A stretch of DNA of 64,000 bases from Adineta ricciae. Taxonomy: Eukaryota. Below the pieces are notes generated by a model. It did no database searches and was not told where the DNA came from. It worked only from the letters and a program-made list of their open reading frames with translations. Each line of letters begins with the position of its first letter. The stretch's first letter is position 1. The stretch covers positions 23,044 through 87,043 of the forward strand of contig CAJNOJ010000052.1 of the NCBI GenBank assembly GCA_905250025.1, given 5' to 3'. Positions 30,711 to 42,532 of the stretch are shown in pieces. The position numbers and the translations under genes are program-made.

Positions 30711-31255
30711 TCATTGTAAAAGTGTGAATCGGGAATGTGGTAAATGTTCTTCTCTTGAGTTGTCAGCTTCTTGGTTTGATGCTTCCGAACAACTTTCATC
30801 TATTTGACATGATTCTAAAATCACAACCAAGGTTGAAGAAACGTCGACAAATACAAACTACATACCTGTTCCGCAACATACACCATGAGCAGCGCATCGA
30901 CCGTTCGGTACGCTGGAGCAAACAGCCGAGTTGATCACACATGGTGTGAGACTATGGCTTTCCTTTGAGCATTGACGAACATCGGATGGATGACCGATGC
31001 GACAACCTAAGCCATTACAGCAGATCGATGGGCCAAAACACTGGCCACCAAATCCACACCGTGGACACTGAAATTGAAAAAAAAAGAATATTTAACAGAA
31101 AAAGAAATGTTGTGTTTATGTCTAACTTGATGCTTGTACGATTCATTATCCAGATCTGAACTTCGTTTACCACCAATTGGACAGTTGGTTATATAACATC
31201 CGTGATTAAATTCAAGAATAGCAACAAAAAGGATCAAGATAGCGAATTGATGCAT
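30711..31255 (-). CDS. Vasopressin/oxytocin-type neuropeptide precursor (nonapeptide plus neurophysin), 3 exons. Plus-strand coordinates: 31127-31255, 30866-31067, 30711-30799.
   Basis: Exon 1 encodes signal peptide MHQFAILILFVAILEFNHG, then CYITNCPIG, then GKR (amidation Gly plus dibasic cleavage site), then SSDLDNESYKHQ. Exon 2 encodes the neurophysin core CPRCGFGGQCFGPSICCNGLGCRIGHPSDVRQCSKESHSLTPCVINSAVCSSVPNGRCAAHGVCCGT, which has the conserved Cys pattern of vertebrate neurophysin (CLPCGPGGKGRCFGPSICC...GRCAAAGICC). Exon 3 encodes DESCSEASNQ... Introns are 59 and 66 nt, the first with a weak GTTAGA donor. Confidence 0.8.
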
Positions 31256-31853
31256 TGCGCGAAAAATACTACAATAGAATAGGAAGTAGTCAATGATATT
31301 GACGAAAATTTAAATATTCGACGCTTACTTTATTGATGTAGATTGAAATAAAAGTGGAGACACAATATTTTCTTCAATAATGTGCAATTAAATTGAACAC
31401 CAAAGGTACTTTGCGCACTATTTATAAAACATCGTAAAGCAGTGGGCGACAACGTAGGTGTTAAAATTAAATCAATCGAGAAAGTATCGACGTCTAATAT
31501 TATTAACACACTGTATGCGTCAATTGTAATATAATAACTGTTGGCACATTTTCGCAGAGAAATCTTAATCAAAAACACTCTTTGTAGGTGTTATCGCATT
31601 GTCTTGCATATGTTCGCGTTTTTAAAAGTGTTTTATTTGAAAAAACTTGCGTTTTTCTATGGTAACAAGCAAACATTGAGTACTTGGGCAAAGTTTTCAA
31701 ATCATGGATATTTATTTGCAAATAAATTCTTTGGCATACACTCAAAATCATTTGAAACTATTTCATTCCATACACAAACACACAATAAATTAAAAACAAC
31801 ATTCATATCTTCATTACTATAGAAAAAACGCCATCACCGGAGACGAAGCATAG

Positions 31854-34558
31854 CTAATAATCATTACTGCCCTCATGGTCTTGATCTTCTCTTGTTGTAG
31901 GTGCTGTTGTATCATCACCAAGTAACTGACACAGTTCATTCAAGCGTTGTTGGATTTTTGGAATGCCAGCTAGTTGTGTTTCAAGACGCTCTTTTTCGCC
32001 TTGCAATGTCAAAAGTTTCTCAGTGTTAAGTATTTCAAACGTCCACCGACCATCGCCATTAAATTGTAATAAATGTGTATGATATGCCCTGGTAAAGTCA
32101 AAGAAAAAATAGTGATTACCACGATAATTTAGCAAAGTTAACTTACCAGAGTGATGGTCGATGAGTAATTGTCAATAATGAAATGCCTAGTTCTTTCGCT
32201 CTCTCATATATTTTACCCTCAACATCAATGGATACAGCGCTTGTACATTCGTCAAGCAGAGCATAGCGTGGTCGATGATAAAATATTCGTGCTAGACCAA
32301 GCCGTTGCTTTTCTCCGCCAGATAGAATGTCTTTCCAATCGCGTTCAGCGCTCAAACCACCTTCACGTTGAACGATATATTTTAATTCGACATTGTCAAG
32401 AATTTCCATTAGTTTTGTATCGTCAACAAAGGCATTGGCCACTGTATGTGGATAAATAATCTGATCACGTAATGTCCCTGGACACATGTAAGGTCGTTGA
32501 GGAATAAGAAAGAAACTGGATGGATCTGGTCGATGGAGACGACCCGAGTAGACAGGCCATAAACCTCGAACAATACGAAAAAATGATGATTTGCCACAAC
32601 CATTTGGTCCAGTTATAAGGACATGCATAGCTGGTGTGATCTGAACAAGAGAATCATCGAATGCTAAGATTAAACTATTCAGTTATCTTTACTTTTAGTG
32701 AGAGACTTTCAACAATAACATCACCGTTAGGCGTGATAATGGGTACATCTTCAGCAATGATATCTTCGTCAGATTCAATTATTTTGCCTTCTATTATAAT
32801 GTGAAAAAGCAAACTTTGTCAGTACGCTTTCCTGCAGTAATGATATTTACGAACCTGCACGTTGATTAATTGCAACTTTTTTCTTTGCAACCACAGATGA
32901 CGAATGTTCATCATGATTTTCATCTGTTGTTACTAGATTCCGTTGATAATGTGCATTCGCGCAATCATCAAAAACATGAAGCATGGTATAAACTCGATCT
33001 GTATGTCCCGCAAGTTCTGCGATCTAAAATAAAATTGTATCTTTCCTGTCTGAACCATATTTGATTCTAACAGAGCAATCTTACTTCTTTGTACGAGGAA
33101 ATAATTCGTTCAAGTGCGTCAGCACCGGATGTCAGTAAGTTTTTACTAACAGTAAATGCTTCTGTACGCGCGCTAATACCAAGTGGATCTCCAACAGGAT
33201 CTACAAACAAATTTTTGTTTACAAGTTACAAAGCATCCAAAAAATCCGATATACCATCAGTTTCTGGTGGCCCATCATAGGTAAGAAAAGGAATAGCAAT
33301 AAACATCATTCCACCTACAAACGAAAACAACTTCAAATAAGGAAAGATATTTTCCGTGAAAGCACCTACTTGCATGCCAAAAATATTTCATCAAGAATTG
33401 TTCGAGCATGATAAACCACAGTTTTTTCTTAATAATCAAATTGGTTTGTTCACGTAATTGATCATATAATTTCAAAACCCAATTTTTCTCGACCTAGACA
33501 CAGCATTATTATACTTGCAATTGTTCCAGAAGAAAGTCAAAGAAAAGCATACTTGATGACCATCGAAGAAGGCGATTTCTTCAGCATTAGCAATAACTCT
33601 TGTATGAGCGAAACGAAGTATACCTCGTCGGCGTGCTTCTTCCGAAACAAGTCTACCGAACCGAGGTGATAATTTCCGAAGAGCCGTAAATGTGATGAGA
33701 AAAACGATCATTGTCATGACAGGAACCTCTAAACGATATGAAAAACACCATTTGAAGAGTCTGATCGTGTCAATCTATCGAAATACCTTTAAGACCACGT
33801 GCTGTTGCTCGTTGTCGAACCATAGCGATAAGCGACCATGAAATGACGGCGATATCAAAAAACGGTTTTGTTAAATGTGAAAATAGATGTGTCAATGTTG
33901 ACGTGAATGTTTCAATATCATCAGTTAGATTTTGATCTGGTGTTAACAATCGACTGTCCAAATTTGTAACGCGATAATAAGTTTGATTCTAAAATAGAGT
34001 CAACGTTAAGAATAACAACAAGAAGAAGACAAATTGAAAATTTACTTTGAAATAAGCTTCATATGCATGTTGTGTTAGTCTCGTACGCAATGCTAACGAA
34101 AGTTTTGATTCTATAAAACGAATTGAGCTGTTGATAAAACTAGCGGGAACGGCAACGCCAATAAAAGTGCATATGGTTCGAAAAAACTGACGAGGATTTC
34201 GTTGTACTAAAGATTTAACAATAGCACCATCGAGATGTGCTATGTAAATGGAAAGGAATGTTCGGGTGATTAATGTGGTTAAATGAAGTATCAGCAAAGC
34301 AAATGAATCACTTTTTACATTTGGAATAAGAATACGAATTAAAGCTCGAAGTTGATGATAAAATTGTTTGTTGAGTGCGTTACGAATGGGTGATGATGGT
34401 GATGAAGCATCAGTAGTGCGTGATTCTTTTGAAATAACGAGTGCACGACGTTTCTTCAATAAAGCTGATCGACGATAGCGACGAATAAGATAGGCAATTA
34501 CAGCAAAAGATGAAGAAAACAGAAGAATTTTCGCTCGACGAGATCTCAACGAATACAT
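31854..34558 (-). CDS. ABCD1: Peroxisomal ABC half-transporter, subfamily D (ABCD1/ALDP-like), multi-exon.
   Basis: N-terminal TM domain matches PMP70/ALDP (…[42 protein letters not shown]...[17 protein letters not shown]). EAA-like loop [15 protein letters not shown] with Walker A ([11 protein letters not shown]), [21 protein letters not shown] signature [15 protein letters not shown], and Walker B/D-loop [16 protein letters not shown]-terminal coiled coil [34 protein letters not shown] parallels human ABCD1 [34 protein letters not shown]. Last exon is 31854-32088; the preceding exon ends at 32147. Introns are about 50-60 nt. Confidence 0.85.
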
Positions 34559-34909
34559 GCTGTGAACTAAACGATATAATTCATGAAGATAACTACGTTC
34601 GCGAACTTTATGATAAGGCGAACAGAAAGTACTTCGTCCGTTGAATGGCGTTATTTATCTTTGGTTGTCAACCAGCTGTTTAGATATCTTTTAATGGATG
34701 TAAAGTAACCAACAGTGAGTACTCATTAGATGTCATTCTATACAATGAGTAAAAGAAAGAGAAAAAGAAAGAAACAGTCTTTAGGAGAAGCTTTATTTAC
34801 AAAGTAAAAAATACAAACGACACTAATGTTGATAGTAAAAGAAACGTTGAAAACTAAACGTCAATAAAAGCAAAAAGGCTTCAGATAGAAATGTTCTATT
34901 GTGTGATAT

Positions 34910-36830
34910 TCATTGCAGTTTTAGCTGTTCTTTAGATGAAGATTCGCCAATTTGTTCACTGGTATCGTAATTACCGATCTGCTGATATTCACTAATGAGA
35001 TCATTTAAACTCGCTTCCGCTAAATAATGAAAAGAAGATATTCATTGAGATATTTTAAAGCATCGGTACAACAAATTTATTCACCGTCAGTGAACTCAAT
35101 ATCATCCATCCTACGTAATAAATTAAAAAAATATAAGTGAGCTGATTCGATTTTAGTTTTAAATTACCCTTCAGCTGTATACCAATGTATAAATGCTTTT
35201 CTTTTATACATAGCACAGAATTGTTGACAGATTTTTCTGAATAATTGCTCAACAGCTGTATTGTTTGCTGTGAAACGAGAAGCTATATGTAGACCTTTAT
35301 TAGTTCATATGAAACAGAAATTAACTTACCGAGAAAAGTGCAGGACATGCGACATCCTCTCGGTGGAATATCACACACCGCTGTCTTCACATTATTCGGT
35401 ATCCATTCAATAAAATATTGAGAATTACGATTTTGAACGTTTAACAGTTGCTCATCGATTTCCCGCATTGACAATCGACCACGAAAGACTAATGCTAGCA
35501 AAACAAACATCAGTATTAGCATCATGTGTATATACAGGGAATAGCCATATGAATGCTCACCAACTGTAAGGTATCGTCCTTGTCTTGGATCGACAGCACA
35601 CATAGCATTTCGAGGATTGAAAACTTGATGAACTAGATCTAAAACAGACATTGTGCGATATGACTGAGCAGTTCGTGACGTTAACGGTGCCAAAGATGAC
35701 ATAAAAAAATGCAGACGTGGAAATGGAACCATATTAACAGCAAGTTTTCTCAAGTCGGCATTCAATTGACCTGAAGTATCACATGAAGAAGAAAATAGAG
35801 AAGATTCTTTGTTATGAGATGACATACCAGGAAAGCGAAGACATGTAGTAATACCTGACATAGTATTAGCAATCAAATGATTAACTAGAAAAAAGAAATT
35901 TTATAAGAGTCAAATACTACAGTTCCTGAGTATACAAACGATCAGTCAATGTTGGAGTAGAAATCTTGAGCGATCGAGTACATATTTCATAGAGAGCTTC
36001 ATTATCAAAACATATTAACATATCTGTTGACTCAATATGATAATGAGTAGCAAGTAAAGCATTGTAAGGCTCAACAATCGATTCTGACACCTGTGGTGAT
36101 GGAAAGACGGTATACGAAACAATCATACGATCAGGATATTCTTCACGTAGACGATTCAAAACAAGTGAACCAAGTCCTGAACCTGATCCACCACCGATAC
36201 CTTGCATGATTTGAAAACCTGATGACAAGTAGTTCTTTCACTAATAATTCAATAGGTTGATTATTACCTTGCATACAATCGGTGCTTTCAACTTCGCGTC
36301 GGATACTATCTAATAGATAGTCGATCGTTTCAGATCCTTCACCGTAATATCCTACGAGACAAAAAATATGGATTATTTTGACTTGATAGTGGATTATTTT
36401 GGATTAAACCTCTAGCCCAGTTGTTACCAGCTCCGACGGTGCCAAAAACAAAATTATCTGGTCGAAAAATTTGACCATAACACGAAGCTCGTATGCAATC
36501 GATGGCACCCGTGTCGAGATCACATAAAATTGCTCGTGGAACATACTTACCACCTAGAACCAATGAATATACTTGTGTTTAACAAAAACTACGCAAATAA
36601 ATATCAAGTTTTTACCTGTTGCTTCGTTAAAATAGACATTAATTCGTTCAAGTTGTAAGTCAGAATCGCCGTCGTAAACTCCAAGAGGAGAGAGACCGTG
36701 CTCATTGGCAACAGTTTCCCAAAACTAGAACGTTGTAAAAATATTTCTCAATTCTATATATTTGTATTACTTTGGATGCTATCTGATTACCACATTGTCC
36801 AATTGAAATATTTACGATTTCACGCATAAT
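34910..36830 (-). CDS. Beta-tubulin, divergent paralog, about 11 exons. Start is at 36830; exon 1 is 36774-36830.
   Basis: [22 protein letters not shown]..., then [48 protein letters not shown] (GTP-binding loop region). Further blocks are [59 protein letters not shown]..., [74 protein letters not shown] and [35 protein letters not shown]. The C-terminal tail [22 protein letters not shown] lacks the usual poly-acidic EEGE tail. Ten introns of 46-66 nt. Confidence 0.85.
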
Positions 36831-37805
36831 TTAATCAATTGACTGCTTGGCCTTTGCTTCTGATTATTTTATTTGAAATGAGATGAACGCCTATGAATGT
36901 ACACGTGGTTGATCAAAACAAGCAAATACGAATGCAGAGAAGACGAATAATCCATGTGCTTCTATCCATCGTACAATAAGAAACGCTACCATCGCTGAAG
37001 GAACTTTTCGGTTATCTCGAAATATCTGAAACATCTACTGTATCAATTCTTTTGTTTCCTCCTCAATTGCCAGAGTTGATTTTCGTCTATTTATGATGTG
37101 TTGCCCAGTATTCTGCCACTGAGATAGAAAGATATCGAAACGAAAAAGACGATACGCGTCAAAATTTAACATATTTCAGAGAGCTTAATCAAAATTATCG
37201 ACGCATCGCTATTTCGTGCATCTAAAATGAAAGTATTGTGCGTGATCCAATGCTTGAATTATTTATCATAATGCGAGCCATCACGTATTGATTTGCGCCA
37301 TAAGAGGGAAGATCAAGTGAGAACCACTTGCAAATACCATATACCTACATATGGTTGGCTGTTTATTCTTATAAACTTATTTTTTCATATAACCACTGGA
37401 AAAATCTATCAAACAGATCTAGAACAGAAATGATTTAATCTTTGAAAAAAGTTAATTCATATAAATAAATGAAAATGAAACATCTGAAATTTTTGTAATG
37501 CACTTCATATATTACGATTTCTATCATCAAAATAATGTAAAGCACAATATTCCGTCTAATAGAGCTATTAAGAAACGAATTTTAGCACGTTTCACGTCTT
37601 AATCGGATACACGATAGACATTATTAGATAAAATTCTACACATTTTTATGTGAATTTCATCCTGCGCAATACCGACTCTCTCTCTCTCACTCACCCGTCC
37701 GTGTGTAGCCTATAAATTAACGATATCTGTCTCATTTTCTTTTCAGAATATTTTTTTATCGCAAGCGAATATGCAGTTTAAACCGTAAGTACAGTTTTAA
37801 TACTA

Positions 37806-38065
37806 CTCAGGTCAACAAATCCGATGCTGGATCCGACCATCCGACGAAATCCGATCGGATTCCTGGAAACGGAATTGCATTGGAATCCGACTAGAAAAAT
37901 CCCGTCGGCTGTTGCAAATTTTATGAGCGATCTTTTTAGCTATGTTCTATGATGACCCTTAGAAAATCCAGGAAATCCATGTTTCGGGTCCGAGACCGTC
38001 GAATTCCTGTAGGATCTAATAAAATCCTATATTGGATCCAAGTATGGGATTGTTCGATCTGAGTA
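37806..38065. repeat. Dispersed repeat, copy A (about 260 bp), related to the copy at 38945-39115. Probable non-autonomous TE or MITE-like element.
   Basis: Direct sequence similarity between the two copies, roughly 85-90% identity over shared blocks. One shared block is ggattcctggaaacggaattgcattggaatccgactagaaaaatcccgtcggctgttgcaaattttatgagcgatctttttagctatgttct. The element contains internal short repeats (aatccgat, ggatccga). It lies in the long intergenic region between beta-tubulin and the next gene. Confidence 0.6.
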
Positions 38066-38944
38066 TTTTACTTTTGCTTGAAAACTTCACTACCCAGGCC
38101 CAAAACAGTTACTCGTAATAATCGTCACATGTATAAAAGAACGCGTCCATATTTTATCTTAGAATAGTCTTCTTTTACGATCCTGTACTATTGCGTCTTC
38201 GATCGGTACCAAGAATAAGTAAAATACGACGATAAACATATCGTTTTGTCACTACGCTTCAGAAGATATATGATAAATACACCCTCTTTAGTTGAATAAC
38301 GTATAAAGACGAATTAGTTGACTATCAGTTTTTCACCACGTTAAATATCCTTTCGTCTAATTAAAGGCGATTGGCCTATCAATTTATATCAGAAGTTTTA
38401 TCCAAATGGGTCATAAAACGGCGCCATATTCATAAATTAAATATTACTAAAGTACCTTTATAGGATGCAATGATAAGAAAAAAGCGCAATGATCAGATTA
38501 TACACATGGAACTAACATCATACATGATTCTGCTAGCAGCGTGTTGTTCGTGGTAAGCAAAAGTTGCTTCTCCTAGTGCATTTGACGGGGAGAACATAAA
38601 CCGTTGTGTACAGAAACCTCACAAAATGATATAAACTCTTCTCACGAACCTGTCGAAATTCAATATGGTATGTTTCTGTTTATTGCATGATGTTATCAGT
38701 TCTTCTCCGATTTCCATTTCATTCAGGTCGACTACTGAATGCGAATGTCTGGATGATGGACACAATAGATATGGTATCATATCAATTTAATAAGAATAAC
38801 TTGCTTAAAAATGACCAACACCCTCAACCTGCCGAAAAGCTCACTGCGCGTAACCACATCGTTCCAAATTGACACTCTATATCCGCCCTCAACATACAAC
38901 TACATCATGAATATTTTTACAAGCTCAGATATCGAACTGATTTC

Positions 38945-39115
38945 CAGGTTAACAAATCCGATCGGATCCCTGGAAACGGAATTGCATTGGAATCCGACTA
39001 GAAAAAACTCGTCGGTTGTTGCAAATTTTATGAGCGATCTTTTTAGCTATGTTCTGTGATGACCCTCAGGAAATCCATGTTTCGGATCCGAGTATGGGAT
39101 TGTTCGACCTGGGTT
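38945..39115. repeat. Dispersed repeat, copy B (about 170 bp; internally deleted relative to copy A).
   Basis: Same orientation as copy A. Shared blocks include caggttaacaaatccgat..ggatccctggaaacggaattgcattggaatccgactagaaaaa.ctcgtcgg.tgttgcaaattttatgagcgatctttttagctatgttct.tgatgaccct.aggaaatccatgtttcgg.tccgagtatgggattgttcga. It lacks about 80 nt that are present in copy A. Confidence 0.6.
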
Positions 39116-40211
39116 GACCCACAAAAAACGTCGACCATTATATACAAGTTTTCTCAGCTTGTGTCGCTGAAGATGAACCATAAACGAGAATAAATTGGCG
39201 ATTGGGCATAAAATAAAAGTACAATAGAACATCCTCAAGAACGTAGTGTTCATCTCTAAATTGTGTAGTGCCTTTTATATTTGATTTTTAGTTTCACTCA
39301 AATAAAAGTCACAATACATTATTCTAACGCTTCATATCGACCGACGAATATTGTAAAATTTCAGATCAATGCCTTATAATAATCCTACAGATCGCATTCG
39401 TGTGCACTTTAAGTTGGGCTTCTTTTCGACTATTGCGATTTTTTGAAGGGCCTTCAATTTCCATTCAACTGGACTCGTTTCTTCTCTATTGTACAAAACC
39501 ATATCAAATAATTTTCTCTTTTCAGATACAAAAAAAAACACATTTGGAAATTCTAGGTAAATCATGCAATATCCAGGTTATGAAATGAACAGTAACGCGA
39601 TATATCTGTGTTAGATATCTAAGCATATGAATCAAATTTTGAAAAGAATGGAAATATTCAAATCTTATCATTCGGTCAACCCACGAAGCAGAAGATCTTT
39701 CGAATCAATCATCGATAAACTACTTAATCCATTTTCAATTTCTATAGTCACGTTATAATCTGAATTCTTCATACATTTTATTATGGCAGACAGGATTTCT
39801 ACTCTATTCTTTTCCACACATGACTGACGAGATGATTCGTAAGATAGTGTTCTTTTCGTTCTCTCTTTCTCTCTCTGGGAAAGCAAAATCACACATAGAT
39901 TTATGCCGAATAGTGGGAAGGAAAGGAAAGAAAAGAAGCAGAGGAAATATAAAGATAAATTATGCATGTACACGTTTTCTTTTGCGTCCATCTACATAGT
40001 GAAATTTAACAACTGAGCAGAAGAAGTTAATCATCTCATTTTTCATTTGTCATCTTCTAGTACACATCGATTTGATAGTTGATTATTTATCTAAGTCAAT
40101 TGATAAACTCTTTCAATTTTTTTAGTTCGGCCATAGAAATAAATTGAACGTTGGGCAAAACAGTCAGCCATTGTGTGACGAGGACGATATTATTCAAAAC
40201 TTCAGATACGG

Positions 40212-41891
40212 ATGGCGGACGACAAATCGCCACTTGTTCGAGATATACGGATTAGTGATGCTGTTATATGCGATAAAAATCAAGATATTTTATCTCGGAT
40301 GGATATGACCGATATTGACAGTGAGTTTTTCTGATCATATATCAGTTTTGATATTATTTTTCTCACGTTTCAGTGGACGCCGAAACAACGGTACGCCCAT
40401 TTGACGTATTTTCATTGAGTTTTATCAAAGAAGAAGAAACAATCGAATCAATGTTCATTGATGAATTTATATCAAATTCTAGTTTCGATTTACCGCATGG
40501 TAAGCGACGGCACTATTTGTACGAGAAACGATTTCGATAGTATTTGTATGTTCAAGTTGTCGCAGCATCATCGTCGATCCCCTCTTCTTCTCCATCTAAT
40601 TGTAGTGATTCTCAATCGACTGGTATTTCAAATTATCATGTATGTTTAATAAACTGGTCCATTTTCCAGTTTTACATTTAAACCGTTATATTTAGTATAT
40701 CGTCGATTCTCATGATTATTCATGTCTTTCAATATCCTTCAGCAATCCTCCAGGTCCAATCTACCACGTACGATACTTAAGTGAAATTACAAATTCACCG
40801 CTCGATGGTAACATCGTACATACGAAGAAGAAGACGAAAAAGAATATTTCTGGACGTTATCTGAAGGGAGAACAAAAACGACACGTGACCATCAATGTAA
40901 GTTTTGAACAAAAATGAATCATACATAGAAAGAATCAGAAGAGAAAAAAGGTTAGGTTTAAACACACATCACTATTCAACCACTACGGTAGTTGCCGTAA
41001 AGAGGAAGTGATATACCTTATCTGATCGCGTATGTATGTATGTGTAAATGTCGTTAATTGGTTATCATTAGAAATAAACAACATGATTGGTAGCAGATGG
41101 CAACGTTTCGTTTCTTCAAATAAGATAGTTATTAATGATATTGTACAGATTGCGTTTGAACAAATGAACCGCTGTTTTATCGATTGATTTTAAAAAATGT
41201 CTGTTGCGTCATTTGCATCTTCTCTTATACCTTTAGCTTCCTTTAAATTTGTTTGATTACAATGAATATTATATCCGGGTCACTCGTCTTACTGTTCCCT
41301 ATCAAAACTGTTCGTTTATTCATCCATATCCACTTTTGTATTCGCCACCAAAGAGAAGAACACTCTCTGTCATCACAGAAGAAAAAGAATGGATTTATTT
41401 CAAGCTAACCAGGGAAGATCTTTGTTCTCATTCAAAACAGTATGTATAACCGGCAAATGATTTCCTATGATTTTATTATTACCGTCATCTGTAGATTTCC
41501 AAACCTCATTCTAACTCGTATCAAGCAATCTGAATTGAAAGCGATGCACACATTAAAGTTATACGGTGAGTTTGTTCAACTGACAACACCGTTCATTTCT
41601 TTCGGATTGTTTAGATGATCATTTAGTTACATGTACATTTGAAGGTGACACTCCAAAAAAGAAGATTGCTCTCTATCAATTGAAAAAATCTCAACTTGAC
41701 TTTCGCTTAGTCATGAGATGTCCTCAAACTGGAGGATTTATAGATTTACACGCCTCGTGCCGATCAAGAGAACTTCTTGAAGGTAGAAAAACCACATATC
41801 ATCTCTATAATTAAATCGTTCATTTTATTTTGTAGAAGAAGGCGGCGCCCCGATTGATAGCAAGAAACTAGTAATGTCGCTTCCATTGTAA
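40212..41891 (+). CDS. Uncharacterised conserved-looking protein, at least 8 exons. Exon 1 is 40212-about 40305; the last exon ends 41891.
   Basis: Phase-consistent chain of short exons joined by about 50-60 nt GT-AG introns. Segments include MADDKSPLVRDIRISDAVICDKNQDILSRMDMTDID, MDAETTVRPFDVFSLSFIKEEETIESMFIDEF..., YIVDSHDYSCLSISFSNPPGPIYHVRYLSEITNSPLDGNIVHTKKKTKKNISGRYLKGEQKRHVTIN, ...FPNLILTRIKQSELKAMHTLKLYG, DDHLVTCTFEGDTPKKKIALYQLKKSQLDFRLVMRCPQTGGFIDLHASCRSRELLE and EGGAPIDSKKLVMSLPL*. There is an internal NLS-like KKKTKK. No family was recognised. Confidence 0.5.
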
Positions 41892-42532
41892 TATTAAAAT
41901 GTAACTACCGCGAAAAAATTAAGCAAAGTCCAATATCATGTTGTATATAAATTCAATGATTAGTAAAACTTGGACAATCATTTTCTCCGCTTTTTGTGCA
42001 AGTAATTCTAAATGCATATTTTTTGTGTGTTTTCTTCTGGCTTTTGAAAACTGAAATAAATATTCAGCTCAATACATGAAGGGTGTCACAATATTGTAAA
42101 AGAAGTCTATTTTCTTAACAATCTCAGATGTTTCATATATACACTCGAAGCAACTGACGTCTAACGACATCTTTTGACGAGAAACATTAATAATTCCCAA
42201 TCTTGAATATTTTCAAATTAATAACTATTATTTTGAAAATAATATCTGAAAATGATCATAAAAAATATTTTTCTTATGAAATGTTCATTTGTATCCTTCT
42301 CTTCAAAACTCTCTTAGGACTCATAAACGAGTCCAATGGCAGTTGCTTTTTGTTGTTTATTCTCTATGGTCTAGAAAATTTGCCATGTAAATGATCATCG
42401 ATTCGTAAAGAATATCGAAATTAATTTTCTTCCATTTCCAGATGCATTAGCCACCAATATTTGTAAAAATTAACCCAATACAATTCAATAATTTTCGTCA
42501 TAACGCGTGCATTTTTCTCGTCTTTCTAATTA

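Noticed and set aside
39668-39991. 107-aa minus-strand ORF in the tubulin-proximal intergenic region
   Set aside because: It is surrounded by the decayed repeat copies and AT-rich sequence. It has no homology and starts within low-complexity (TC)n. It is possibly a TE remnant, with insufficient support to call a gene.
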